DNA of 62,001 bases, the filler included, from Sphacelaria rigidula (lineage: Eukaryota): assembly GCA_964200075.2 (NCBI GenBank). It is 7 parts of 7 records of this genome, joined end to end, with 100 filler letters (N's around TTAATTAATTAA, not from the genome) between each part and the next. Parts side by side here need not be neighbours in the genome. Positions count along the whole stretch, not along the records: positions 1 to 8,773 come from CAXNAA020010140.1; positions 8,874 to 17,645 come from CAXNAA020010141.1; 5 more parts are not named here. The stretch is one strand, 5' to 3'. Below, piece by piece: positions 1 through 11,920 of this stretch. A program made the position numbers and the translations under genes. The notes below the pieces were generated by a model. That model worked only from the letters and a program-made list of their open reading frames with translations, did not search any database and was not told the DNA's origin. Each line of letters begins with the position of its first letter. The first letter of the stretch is position 1.

Positions 1-152
1 GATTTTTTTTTTTTTATTATTCGCTCGTACTCCTTGTTGGCTGTGATGTAATGCCGCCCATCTAATTGATGGTCATCGTTCGCCCATGCATTCAGCATCG
101 TCTGTGTACTGACGTCACGAAGTAGCCGACTGTCAGGGGTACTCACCATACC

Positions 153-677
153 CAAGGGGTACTCTATACTCAAGTATTACTGAGAGTGCTTACTCAACAT
201 TCGAGTAGAGTATTCGAGGTCGTACTCAACCTACTCAAAATTTGAGTAGAGTATTTGAGGCCGTACTCGACCTACTCAAGTGATACTCTATACTCGATTA
301 TTACTCGGAGTACATACGTACTCAATATTTGAGTAGAGTATTTGATATCATACTGAATATACTCAAAATTTGACTAGAGTATTGGAGGCCATACTCAACC
401 TACTCAAAATTTGAGTAGAGTATTGAGGTCATCCTCGAGTGATACTCTATACTCAAGTATTACTAAAAGTGCGTACTCAACATTTGAGTAGAGTATTTGA
501 GGTCGTACTCGACCTACTCAAAATTTGAGTAAAGTATTTGAGGCCATACTCGACCTACTCAAAATTTGAGTAGAGTGTTTGAGGCCATACTCGACCTACT
601 CAAACGTCGAGTAGCGTGAATACTTGAGTATTTTACTCGAGTACTCAAGAGTACATACTCTACTCGACCTACCCTTG
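153..677. mobile_element. MITE-like element built from ~41-bp internal tandem repeats
   Basis: Unit TACTCAAAATTTGAGTAGAGTATTTGAGGCCRTACTCGACC recurs in degenerate copies. Ends are CAAGGG...CCCTTG. The right end (TACTCTACTCGACCTACCCTTG) matches ends of related repeats at 55735-55893 and 57132-57341. Confidence 0.6.
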
Positions 678-983
678 AAACTTTCTGTTCCCTGTTCAAC
701 ACAGCTGTACCACTCTACTGCATTAAGGCTCTGGCAATCCATCTCTGCCACTCGATACCGAACGCCTTCATGTCTTCCGCTATTATTAGGCGGCGGATCG
801 AGTCCTTGTGGCCGTAAAACTCTCCTTGTTACACCTTTACGGCTAATATTTTACCGAACATGACGTGTATCGGTACCCGTGCGGGTGACATGCGTGTGAC
901 GAAACCGGCGAAGTGGAGTTTCCTCTTCCTCACCGTCGTTTCGATGTACTATGCAGCACCGAGCTATATAGCTAACTCCTACC

Positions 984-1060
984 GGTCGTCCCGGTGGCTC
1001 AGTTGGTATCCTCGAATCCTTCTTCTGGCGGTTGGGTGGTGGGTTTGATTCTCGGAGCGA
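984..1060 (+). mobile_element. tRNA-derived SINE head
   Basis: GGTCGTCCCGGTGGCTCAGTTGGT (A-box) ... GGGTTTGATTCTC (B-box-like). Homologous to 6290-6367 and 44980-45060. Confidence 0.65.
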
Positions 1061-1105
1061 TCTACGAGCTGGTTCAGATTGAACGCCCAAAGTTCATCCC
1101 GCGGG

Positions 1106-1393
1106 ATTTCCTCACGCCGTTCTTTTGAGTTAGACCACGAAAATTTGCACACATGTTCTTGAGGGCATTATCTAAAACTCGAAGACCGGTTTATTTTTAT
1201 TTTTTTTTGTTGGTGTCGAGATAGTCGGGATCTGACCCCTCCCCTGGTCAAGTGAGTCAACCGCGACCTTAGATAAAAAGTCGCCAACAAAAAAAATAAA
1301 ATAAAACGGTCTTCGAGTTTTAGATAGTGCCCTCCAGAACATGTATGTGTACAATTTTTCGTGGTCTCAGTTGAACAAACGGCGTGAGGAAAT
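1106..1393. mobile_element. Foldback/MITE-like hairpin with ~110-bp imperfect inverted arms
   Basis: ATTTCCTCACGCCGTT...CTAAAACTCGAAGACCG on the left mirrors CGGTCTTCGAGTTTTAG...AACGGCGTGAGGAAAT on the right. Confidence 0.75.
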
Positions 1394-2239
1394 GCCTAAA
1401 CGTGCGCTGAAGTATAAAAAAGTACGTAATTACTTGATTCAAGTACAGGTTCGCCCTTTTGAGGGGTTGTTTTCACGGTAAAGGACCCAGCTCATTCAGT
1501 TTTTCGAGTTGAGCAACGAAAATTGGGACTCATGTTCCTTTGGTATACCACGTAACCCTAACATGTCAAAATTTTGGTGTTGGAGCATTCTGTACCGGTT
1601 TCCTGGGGCCTTTATGCTGGGACCCCCGGAAGCCGGTAGAGAACGGAGAAACTTTGAAATCTTGCCAAGAATATAATTTTTCCATTTGGAGCATCAATAC
1701 CGACGGATCTGCCAAGTTCGAGGATGATCTGAGCTTTTCTCCAACAGATAAAAAGGGAAATCGTCTCGAGGCTCCGTGGGTCTTTCGTACGTGTCATGAG
1801 AGGAAATTCGACGACGCCAAAGCTCCACATCACCGAGACATGACGGTTTTGGGCAAAATTAGACCCCGTTGGAACCGCTCTCAAGTCTATTTCTCCCGTT
1901 AGATTCCCATGCTGATGACGATTACTACGATTTGAACAATGTGAAGATTCGGTGAAAATTGGGGTTGGAATTCGTGTTTTCAATTTCGGAACATTGTGAA
2001 AGGCGCTGATTGGTCTAGACATATTTTTGTCCATAGCGCCACCGCTATAGCCTTGAACGAAAATCTGGCTATGTCACCCTTTTCGTATGTTCATTGCGGT
2101 CAGTATGATACCACACTAAATGTTTGTGCATATTGGCTGGGTATTGCGTTCGTCATTAGCCGGGGAATAAATTTTGGGCATTCAATATGAACCAGCTTGT
2201 AGGATTTTTTCTCACGCAATGCCTAATAGTGAAGAGCGA

Positions 2240-2480
2240 CTATGTCATGGGTACACAAAATTCGACTCAACGGTCGACGAGGAAAAGGGACTGCTGAACC
2301 CCTCTCGCGATAAAAAAAAAAGATAAGCACCGCAGAAGGAAGGTGGGGTACTAAAAACAGAAAAAAAAGAAGCTCCCGTGTTGAAGGTCCTCTTGTGTGA
2401 TCCTGGCTGGTGCGCCCACGTATACCGAAAGGTGTAGACCAGCGCCCAGAATGGATGGGACGACAACACACACAACACAA
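2240..2480 (+). mobile_element. SINE body and CA-rich tail (5'-truncated copy)
   Basis: GGGTACACAAAATTCGACTCAACGGTCGACGAGG...CCGAAAGGTGTAGACC...GGGACGACAACAC. Homologous to 6385-6720 and, inverted, to 54095-54250. Confidence 0.7.
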
Positions 2481-2522
2481 CTACCCTGAATACGCGTCCT
2501 CGGCCCCTATAATGCGTTCGAT

Positions 2523-2704
2523 CATACCCTGGACAACAGAATACACGGTCGAAAAATGTACTGCGTACAGTATGGAATCTTTTGTCTCACGGTCGAAAAA
2601 TGTACTGCGTTCAGTATGGAATCTATTGTCTATTGCAATAGACAATAGATTCCATACTGTACGCAGTACATTTTTCGACCGTGTATTCTATTGTCCAGGG
2701 TATG
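2523..2704. repeat. Spacer-less near-perfect palindrome with a 44-bp duplication in the left arm
   Basis: Centre is GTCTATTG|CAATAGAC at 2636/2637. Termini are CATACCCTGGAC...GTCCAGGGTATG. Confidence 0.85.
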
Positions 2705-4147
2705 CGTTCGATAAGTGCGCGTACATTTCGGCTACCTGCGTTGTTGGTAGAGTGTACATCTGTATCTGCACTGCACTGCACTGCACTGCACATCCTTCCA
2801 CCTTCTATCTACTGCTGTGCTGTCTGGGCAGCAGTGTCAGTGTTGTACCGCACCCCGATGTTCCCTACGTCTGGACTTAGTGTGTTGGTACCGTGCCTAT
2901 TTTTTCCGCTACCTGTACAGCAGTGCGGAACTACAAATGGAATCATCAGGTGAGCCGCGTTGGCCCTTCGACAGAGTGCACCTGATTATTCCGTTGGAAG
3001 TGCAGTTCAACTGCAATAGAAGTCATTTGGTGAACCATCATGGCCCTTCAACCCCCCGACCTCGCGATAGCTCAGGATGGAGGGTCATCTCGTGAATCGG
3101 CCTCATTTTCGCTCGAAGACTAAGTCTAGTAGTCACAACTCCAGTTGTTTGCGGTAAAACAACACATAACCGAAGCGGAGTAGAAGTGAATCGCCCTGTG
3201 ATATGCCCTGCCGCTTTGCTAAAGAATATGAACTGCGGGCGAAAGGCTTCGAGATGGATAGCCGTACCAGACAGTCCACAGAATGCACCATCGCATTCCG
3301 ACAACTGCAACAGGGTGTGCATAGATTCACAGATCGCCTGGCTCCACAGAGTACAAGTGCTGTCATCGAATGCATTTGCTTCGATATTGGGCGATCACCA
3401 AGGAAACGCAATCAGCTGCGCAGTCTCTCCGCTCCGAGTTTTGAGTTTTGTACATCTCCAAGTATTGTTGCTGATAGCGATGTAGACCTTTTCAACGTCG
3501 GCTGTCGAACTCCAATTTCGATTCGGCTTCGATTCCCATCCATCGTGTGAGACCGCGGGCTCCATAAGCGGGCATCACTAACGCTTTAGTCGCGTTTGCG
3601 CGTTTTTTTTTGTCGAAATTAAGCTTCTCACATTTTTTTTCAAGCTGTCTACTTATTTTCAAGCCCTCCAATTTAATCATTCTTAGCGCATACTAGGCGT
3701 GCGTTTTGCGCCCTATTCCCATCCTTGTTGTGGCGTTGTGCCCCCCTCACGATACGTGCCGTCTAGCATGAGGACAAGACGACAAGTTAGGCATTCGAAA
3801 TTTTGATGCTTATTTTAAATAAAAAGATGAAGCTTCTCTTCTTCAGTCATGGAGTTTGAAGGCCGCAACCTACACAAGTACCCTCTAACCCACGCACGAG
3901 GACAACAAATAAATGCGCTACACTCATGATACATGATACAGCAGTGGGGCATTGTAGCCTCTGCCCATAGGGTATTGCAGCCTGGCCTCTTGCCCGGCAA
4001 GCTACAAGCTACCACCCTCCTCCCCCTCCCCATCATCTACCGTCAGTCGACATTAAAAATCTTATCGACCTACCAGGTACCGATTGTACGCTTTTCAAGT
4101 GTTCTGGTCTCGGCCACATTTTTTCAAGTAACATAGTACCATGTATT

Positions 4148-4437
4148 GAGACCGCGGTGCGGGTAGTCCATCTGGACCATGCATACTTTTTGAAAGGGAA
4201 AATTGATGCCGATTCAGCAGATGACCTACCCTCGCGGTCTAAGGGTTGAGCTGACTACTTCGTTACCTTCGCGGCCTATGGGTCGAGCTAACTACTTCGT
4301 ACAAGCTTTGCGATCAAAGGGCCTATCTAACCCCTGAACCGCGGTGCGGGTAGTCCATTTGGATCACCCTCACTTGTTTCAAGTCAATATTGATACCGAT
4401 TCAGCAGGTGACCTAACCTCCTCGCGGTCAAAGAGTT
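4148..4437 (+). mobile_element. Two tandem copies of a ~100-bp micro-MITE (CCCT...AGGG termini)
   Basis: ACCGCGGTGCGGGTAGTCCATCTGGA...GATTCAGCAGRTGACCTA...CGCGGTCTAAGGG at 4148-4247 and 4331-4437. Further copies at 6417-6515 and 61483-61587. Confidence 0.7.
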
Positions 4438-5390
4438 ATCAGGTTATGCGCGCATACGGAAGTAAAGCCTGGTATCACTTCATGATCTCGGAGAAACAAA
4501 ACAAAGTATCATGATAGCCCGGAGAAAAGCTTTTCTGAATAAAACTTCATGGTGAGCCCACGAGGTCAGACGCTGCCCCCATGTCACGACGGAGCGTACT
4601 ATCGCTGTGCAGTATGCTACCCGATGGAGCTCGAACTATAGAATATAATGCGATGTGCGTGTCTCAAAATGCCGGTAGTTTGCAGGAGGACCAGATGAAG
4701 TTCAATATGTTCGGGTTGACCCACCGTATGAACAAGTTGGGTTTTATAGGGTTAGCTGTATGCATTTGCTGTAAGTTTCAGCAACAAAGCCGGGGCGGCT
4801 TGATTGAGCCCATCACGGGGTATCCGCTTCAAACTATAGCGTATGCAAGAAAGCCCTTGTTTGAGGTGGAGGTTCGCGAGCATGAATTGCCTGAGTGCAC
4901 CTGTTTTGCACCGTACAATGGGACCGGACCGTTCATCCGTTCAGTAAAATATTATTCTCATCTTATTTCCGTTCGTCCGCTATAGATCCATGTTATTTCC
5001 GCACGACCCGCTGCGTGGAGAGCTGTCGGACCATCTGTTCATAACACAACCCACGGAGGGTCATTTGCATCGCCCATGACTCACCACTCAGTGGTGGCTC
5101 ATCCTTATATGTCATATGGGCGACAGTAAACGAGATAATGGCTTGAAGTTTACATGATGCGGTGCAAATAGTACTGAAACAGCAGCAAGAAGGACAAGAA
5201 CAGCCGTCTTCCCCCGTAGGCCACACCATATATCTGTGCGTATTTTCCTTTCATGTCTTCTGGACATCATTGCACACCTTTCGCCGTATTTTGTGCCCAT
5301 GATAATCATTCCTCCCCTGTCTGCACTATCGATTCCAGAAAAAGACGAAGAATCTGGAAGAACCGTTGTAACGATTTTAGGTCACTTTAC

Positions 5391-5732
5391 CTTCAATGAA
5401 ATGGCGGGTGGTTCTTCACCGCTGCCGCTCCTGCTGTTGCCTACGAATATCGTTCCCCCAAACACGATGCCCTGTCCGCCGCGGCCGAGGATGTGTTCGT
5501 ATTCAATATCGAGCTTGACTTGGCAACCTTGTAAATACAGCTCATGGTCTTGGTTGTTCCTCACGAGAGTGTAAGAGTGCACGACACTGTCGCCTGTGTA
5601 GCGACCTTCAGGTCTATTCGTGTCAAGAGCAGCAGAAGAATGGCCCTGCTTCAGAAGAGGAAAATAATCTGAGCACGATGACGGTGTCGCAGGCAACCGT
5701 GGCCGCCGCCTTCCCCTTGCTGCCCCCATCAT
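5391..5732 (-). pseudogene. Protein kinase N-lobe fragment (exon or pseudogene)
   Basis: Translation EHILGRGGQGIVFGGT...AISLK gives a GxGxxGxV loop followed by a VAIK-like Lys. It ends at AAG|GTAAAG, a possible splice donor at 5390. I found no HRD or DFG exon in the contig. Confidence 0.5.
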
Positions 5733-6289
5733 TTCTTCGTCGCAAGGTAAGAAGAGGCCAGAGACTGTGGATTGCGCTGCAATTTTGTGCTGTGGTGCGG
5801 TGCACCGTGCTGTGGCTGTTGTACACTGTATTGCACAAGCTTATTGGTCGATAATCCATGATGTGGTGCTGCATCTGGCTGCATTGCTTTTTTTTTTTTT
5901 TTAAGATTGGGGTTGCGCTTCTCGTAGTGATTGGAAATTTTGATATTGCAAGTCAATATAGACCCTTCTTATCGAAGAGGGTTTTTCTTTTGTTCAAAAT
6001 CCCCCTTCGACAGGAGATTAACCCCGTAACGACCAGTTCTGAGTTTTATCGAGACGTAGTTTTGCGCTGAAACCCCGGATCTGCGAGCAGATTCAGAAAT
6101 GCGGCGGGTCTGGGAGTGGTCGTTAGTTCAAGGTCAAGGCCTATTTACCAAAAGTCCGGAAATAATGGTTGAAACGAAGAATGAGGTGTTGGGAGCACTC
6201 ATCGGCATGATTGTCCAACCATATCGTTGACCATCTTTTCGGATCATATGATCGAGTGCTGTTGGCAAGTACGACGTACCACTACAGCC

Positions 6290-6720
6290 GATCGCCCCCC
6301 CGGTGGCCCAGTTTGTTACCTCGAAACCTTCTGACGGTCGGGTCGTGGGTTCAAATTTCGGAGCGTGCCCAACAGGGGGGAGCGGCTATGTTGTGGGTAC
6401 ACAAAATTCGACTCAACCCTCAGACAGCGGTGCGGGTAGTCCATCTGGATCTCGGATACAATTTTCAAGTGAATATTGATCCCGATTCAGCAGGTGACCT
6501 ACTCTCGCGGTCTAACAAACGGTCGACGAGGGAACGGGACTGGTGAACCCTTCTCACGAAAAAAATAAAAGGCAAGCACCGTAGAAGGAAGGGGGGCTTC
6601 TAAAAACAGATAAAAAAAAGCTCCTGTGTTGACCCTCCTCCTGTGTGAGCCCGGCTGCTGCGCCCACATACTGTATACCGAAAGGTGTAGACCGGCGTCC
6701 AGAATAGATGGGGCGACAAC
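6290..6720 (+). mobile_element. Near full-length tRNA-derived SINE carrying a nested micro-MITE (6417-6515)
   Basis: Head CCGGTGGCCCAGTTTG...GGGTTCAAATTTC. Body is homologous to 2240-2480 but interrupted between GACTCAA and CGGTCGAC. Confidence 0.7.
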
Positions 6721-8773
6721 ACTATGAGGAGTTCTCAAGCAGCTGAGTTGGTTCCGAACCAAAAAAACATAAACTATAACGGTGGTTTCGATATCACAGC
6801 ACACCGCACCGCGGCAGCTCCCTGCATTCCCCAGTGCGGCTCCGCTCTTGCTGTTCTGCTTGGTATGTATTGCACACGCTGTGTTCAGATCCCAAGCGCA
6901 AAAAGCACTCCACGCTTACCAATAGTGAGCAAGGCAACGAACATTCACGGGTGAAATACAGTCGAGAAGACTGCAAGTGGTGGTTCTCGAACGTGTTCGA
7001 ATCAACTCGGTACAAAACGTGACAAAACCTGCGCGAACACCCACACAAGTAACAGCACCGCATAATAGAGAGTCGGGATCGGCGCCTCAACAGCCATTTC
7101 CCTCAAGAGGCTGAGTTGCGCTGCCCGCGGGACACGATATGTAGGTTTCCATGAAGTGATGTCACTCACCCCGGTGCAGCAGGGGTAGCAGCAGCCACCG
7201 TGGGAGGTGCGAGGCCAACGGGAGTTGAACCCGCCGACTTCACCAACGACTCAACGAAACCAATTTTGAATGTTCGAAAATTCGAAAAATCAGCAATGGG
7301 GTTGGTGGGGAATGCAGTCAAGGAACGGAGGGAGGCAGGAGGAGAAACATGCGGTACCAGCGCCGAGGCTTGGCTGAAGGTGCGGGCCCTGCTACTCAGC
7401 GAAGGGGCCGATCGACGAGCTTGTTGTATCAAGCACGGCCCAGGAAGAGCTCGTTTGTGCCACATCTTCGTTCACTGACCCTCATAGGTCGGGGGGCTGG
7501 AACACCTCGACTTGGCCCGGGGACCCCACACTCCTTGGTGAGGATAGAAGTACCAACGCAGCACGTCTGCAGACACGAAGGGAAGTACACCCCATCGATA
7601 TCACGTTCCCCCAACCCCTCAGTACTACTTGCATGGGTAGTTGGTTTAGTTGGGCATATCAACTCGTTGTACCTACGTCGTGGTCGCAGGTTCATCGCTC
7701 CATCGGTAGGTGCAAATCTGGATTTCAGAAAAGATCGGTGGGAAGCACCCGCGGCCTAACCATTGGCAGTGCACAGTACAGTGCCACACAATACTCAGCC
7801 CCCCAAATCGACACCAACACAGCAATATCCACCGCTACAAACAGCCCCGAGGAGCTCTCCCCAACACGTAAGTGTTCTCCCCCCTTCCCCCCCCCCGACC
7901 AAACATGACCTCAGTTCTGGCTGGCCGTTGTCAAAGATTGAGCAACGACTGGAACAGCTGGGGACTTGCGTAAGTTTGGCGAAGAAAAAAAAACATGTTT
8001 TTGCTTTACTACTGTCACCACCTGTAAATACACTACGGTAGTGGGCGGGTCTAAACTACTGATTTTGAGGCATTTTGTTATTTCTTCATAATTGGCGATT
8101 TTCTTGGGCTCTTTTCACCTGCCGCCACCTATGGCGTTAAGGATCTGAAGATATTTGTATCCGCTCCATATTCCAAGAAAAAAGAATCATCCGTACGAGT
8201 ACTCAAAAAATTGAGTGACTTACAGGCTGACCGCTCATCGGGGGTCCTGCGACGTTTTAGCCCAGATTCTTACTCTCTGGTATTTTCTACCGATCGAGCC
8301 TGTCCTGATCATATTTCTACAAAAATGTACAGCTTTATTTTTTTAAACTCTGCCTCCTCATTGCACTGGAGCCGAAAAACTGTGTTTCACGGTCAGTGAA
8401 CACCTTCCTCATGAATGGGGTATTTAGTCGTTTCGCCCGATAACACCAACTATTATAGCACTGACTTGGTTGGGCACTGTGTTTTGAGGATGATCTGTTT
8501 ATTGTACCAAAATTTACCGACGCTGGCAATTTCGAGTTCTATCGAAGGGTAGTACGCTAGGAAAATCTCGAAACCCCGCTGAATCGTTAGACCCACTTTC
8601 GTGGCAAGCACGAATCTTGATTTTTTCTAAATCTGGGGGACAAGAAATCGGGGAACGCATGTTATGGACAGGGATTTGGACCAAATCAGGGCCGAAAAAA
8701 TCGAAGGAAAACTGTTCCGAGATTGTGAATCCCCCGATTTTTTTGAGCTGACGTACGTGCATTGACGTACACT

Positions 8774-8873
8774 NNNNNNNNNNNNNNNNNNNNNNNNNNN
8801 NNNNNNNNNNNNNNNNNTTAATTAATTAANNNNNNNNNNNNNNNNNNNNNNNNNNNNNNNNNNNNNNNNNNNN
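8774..8873. other. Artificial contig-join spacer
   Basis: N44-TTAATTAATTAA-N44 (stop codons in all six frames). Confidence 0.98.
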
Positions 8874-9700
8874 TCCGAGTTGTGGTCGGAGGGTGCGTAT
8901 TTTGCGATCAGAGGAAGACAGCTGATCGTACAGTCTACGGCGTTGGATTCAGGCGTTCTTGCTCCAATCCAAAATCCGGTCGGTGTCCATCTCCGTTTCC
9001 GAGCGGCAAACTGCAGATCCGGCAACAGTCTGACGTTGCCGCCCCCGCATGATGCCGTTCGGGCTGGTGTGTCGGCAAGATGTTCATCCCTGTTCGTTGG
9101 ATCTTCGTGAGGTCCGGCACAGAAGGGACCTGTATGCATCGTTGGATCTTCCGGGGCTTCGGGCCAACCAACAGGGGGCTACACTCTTCTGGTCGTCGAG
9201 TTTCGGCCTTTTTTGGCGGGGTGTAGTTTTACCGAAAATGGCTATGGTTGTGACTGCTCGGCGTAACTTGCGCTGAGACGGCGGTGCGGTCACCACTTCA
9301 CAAAAAAGGGTCACCACTTGACAGAAAAGGGACATCAGTAATACAAGAAGGGTAGATTATATAACTTTTTAGCAGAGGCCAGGGTGTACCGTCCTGTTTT
9401 GCTTACAATAAAGGGTACTCTCACAGGATCTCATTTTCGGCGCGGTAGTTCAGCCCAGTAACACTTGTGAAAATGAAAACAAAATGGTCGGGTATGCTGC
9501 CCAGGGACCTTGGGCGTGGGGCTGGGGCGCTGGAACGTGTTTTCGAGGTGTTCAGCCATCGTGCAGCGCCGCGACCCAGAGCGAAAAATGCGCTACCCTT
9601 TTTTGCTCCAAAAGCACCAGGGTGTACCCTTTTTTGTATATTGCCCAATAATGTACTACAATTGATCAACCGAACGATGGACCAATTAATCAATGCGACC

Positions 9701-9702
<2 letters not shown>

Positions 9703-9736
<34 letters not shown>
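9703..9736. repeat. (TG)n microsatellite
   Basis: Directly visible. Confidence 0.95.
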
Positions 9737-9738
<2 letters not shown>

Positions 9739-9811
9739 CGAACGGTGACAACTGAACATTGTTACTGCAGGACACATATTATCTGTCCTAAATGTTGAAC
9801 ATGACGATTAC

Positions 9812-9901
9812 CTCCTCGACGTCCACGAGCCCGACTTCCATTCTGGACGCCAGCCGTTTCTCCTTGAGCCAGAGCTCATACAGGCGGGCTTCCGCAAACT
9901 C
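9812..9901 (-). CDS. Translin/TRAX-family protein, internal exon C
   Basis: aag|GAG...GAG|gtaatc, 90 bp, phase 0/0. Encodes EFAEARLYELWLKEKRLASRMEVGLVDVEE. Confidence 0.85.
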
Positions 9902-10169
9902 CTTCAGCGCAGAGGGTAATGAAGAACGATGGCGAACAATATGAGAACAGAGAAGAAAAAAAAACGAAACGTGAGGTAAAAAATGAAGTAAAAAATAGGA
10001 ACCTTCTAAATAAAGGCGCGCCAATTAATCAAGTGGCTTCGGTGAGTGCATAGTGCGCGGATGGTGGTACAACGTTAGTCAGGTTTGAAATGTCAGGGTT
10101 TCTTTTTTTCATGTTATCCAAAAAGCGACTTATGCAACATGTGAGAAAGCAGGCGGCGAATAGCACTCC

Positions 10170-10980
10170 AGTGTGCTACGAGAGGAATATCTCGAATGAA
10201 TTCAAAACGAGGGATATCCTGACCCATATTCTTGTAAAGCTCCTCACTTGAGGAGCCCCTCAACGAGAAAGATCTGGGCTCAACTGTGCAACCCCTACCT
10301 TGGCATGGCTCACACCCCATACCAGGTCAACACAATCTGACGATTGAACATCGTTGTATCTGGTGAGAACCAAAACATATACTTCGTATATGTTGACCAA
10401 AACATATACTTCGTATATGTTTTAGATGTTGTAGCCGAGTGATACTAAGCCGTAGGTTTCAGTATAATCGCATGCATGATTGGAGCAGTGGCAGGGGACA
10501 GGGGCTCGTGGATTGATGGCCCTTATCTGTGTGGCCCCGTGCTGTCTGGCTCGTGATGTGATATTTTGAGAATCACTCCGTGATGATAACAAGTTAGAAT
10601 AAAGGACTTGTCGAGCACGAGACCAGTGATACTGTAGGAGTCCCTCGTTGAAATTCCTCTTGTCCAGATCATCTGGCAGAGGCTGTAATGCACATATTCG
10701 TATCATTAATGACGGGCTCACAACCCAGACCTTGGCATCGCTCACACCCTATTCCAGGCCGACACAATCCGTCGATAAAGCAGTGTTATATCTGGTGAGG
10801 ACCACAATATATACATGTATATATTCGCATTTTTGATGAAGAGCTCACAGCCACTACAACTCACTGAGCTTGCGCAGAACGTGCGTTGACTCAAATTAGT
10901 GCCGAGGGCGCTGATGTGAGCTCTGCTAGGAACGCACGGACACTTTGCCTGGGGCACCATCTCCAACAGACTCCTTGCAC
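10170..10980 (+). mobile_element. Highly decayed possible non-LTR (CRE-like) RT remnant with internal duplication
   Basis: 10298-10380 resembles 10728-10810. Only weak motifs (TVGVP, AVLYLVRT), with many stops. Confidence 0.2.
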
Positions 10981-11169
10981 AAGAGTTCTCGATCTCCCTT
11001 GGGTTGGGGCTAGGGTTAGGCTTGGGGTTGGTGCTTGAAAACATAATGTCTAAGATATGGATTTTCCGTCCACGGGTTCGGGTCAAGAATCGCCAAAAAC
11101 AAACGCGAGGAGAATCGTTGGGGGAAAATCAGAGAAAAAAAAAAGCAACATCGACCAGAAGCTACGTTC

Positions 11170-11215
11170 GTCATCATCATCATCATCAGCAGCAGCAGCA
11201 GCAGCATCATCATCA
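11170..11215. repeat. (CAT)n(CAG)n(CAT)n compound microsatellite
   Basis: Directly visible, intronic. Confidence 0.9.
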
Positions 11216-11799
11216 TTTTTCACCATGTTTATATTTCCTGCCTGCTCTGTCTGTCTGTTCTACCTTTCTGTCTTCTTCATTCTCTTCTCTTCGGCGAGTG
11301 TTTTTGCCCCCGTTTTGTTTACCTCGGGTACGTCAATCTATCGTGTGACCACCGCTGAACAATCAATGTGCGACAGCCAATATCTCATACCAACCATACT
11401 CACTCGTGCGAAAATCATCACGGTCAGCAGCAGAAACAGCATAATCAGCAGAAAAAGCAGCACAGCAAGTAAGATCGTCGGTGAACGAAAAAAAAACGGC
11501 TCGCCGCCGCCATGCAAAAAACAAAAAAAAAACGGCGCGAAAATTCATCGATGTCGTCGGTATCAACACACTCTCTCGAAAAATACAGGAAGGGAACAGA
11601 GTGCGTACTTACTGCATCAATTATTTGCCACTCTGGTATTTTTGCGTTGTTTGCATCGGCATGCAGAAAAAGGCAATACATATATGGTGGATGGATGAGA
11701 GGATTGGACACAACTTTACTGTCGTTTTTTTTGCAGCTATGATGTTGTTGTCATTGTTGTTTTTGTTGTCGTTATTTACCCGACTACGCGGCCACGCAC

Positions 11800-11920
11800 C
11801 TCCATCGAGCACGAGAATGCTCCTTGTCGAAGCTGTGGATTCGCTTGGATTGTCGGCAAAAGACCCTCGCACGCGGTCCGGCAGTCCGATACTTGCTTTC
11901 CAGCTTTCGCGAAGTCTCCG
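11800..11920 (-). CDS. Translin/TRAX-family protein, internal exon B
   Basis: ctcttggcag|C GGA GAC...ATG GAG|gtgcgt, 121 bp, phase 2/0. Encodes GDFAKAGKQVSDCRTACEGLLPTIQANPQLRQGAFSCSME. This frame is not listed in the ORF track. Confidence 0.85.

Noticed and set aside
153..677. CRISPR-like array of palindromic repeats
   Set aside because: Units are contiguous and degenerate with no unique spacers, no cas genes are present, and the context is eukaryotic.
2950..3560. Coding-like stretch with overlapping ORFs on both strands
   Set aside because: No recognisable motif in the frames examined; it cannot be assigned without a search.
8818..8829. Conserved TTAATTAATTAA motif recurring every ~8.87 kb
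   Set aside because: Synthetic linker inside N padding.
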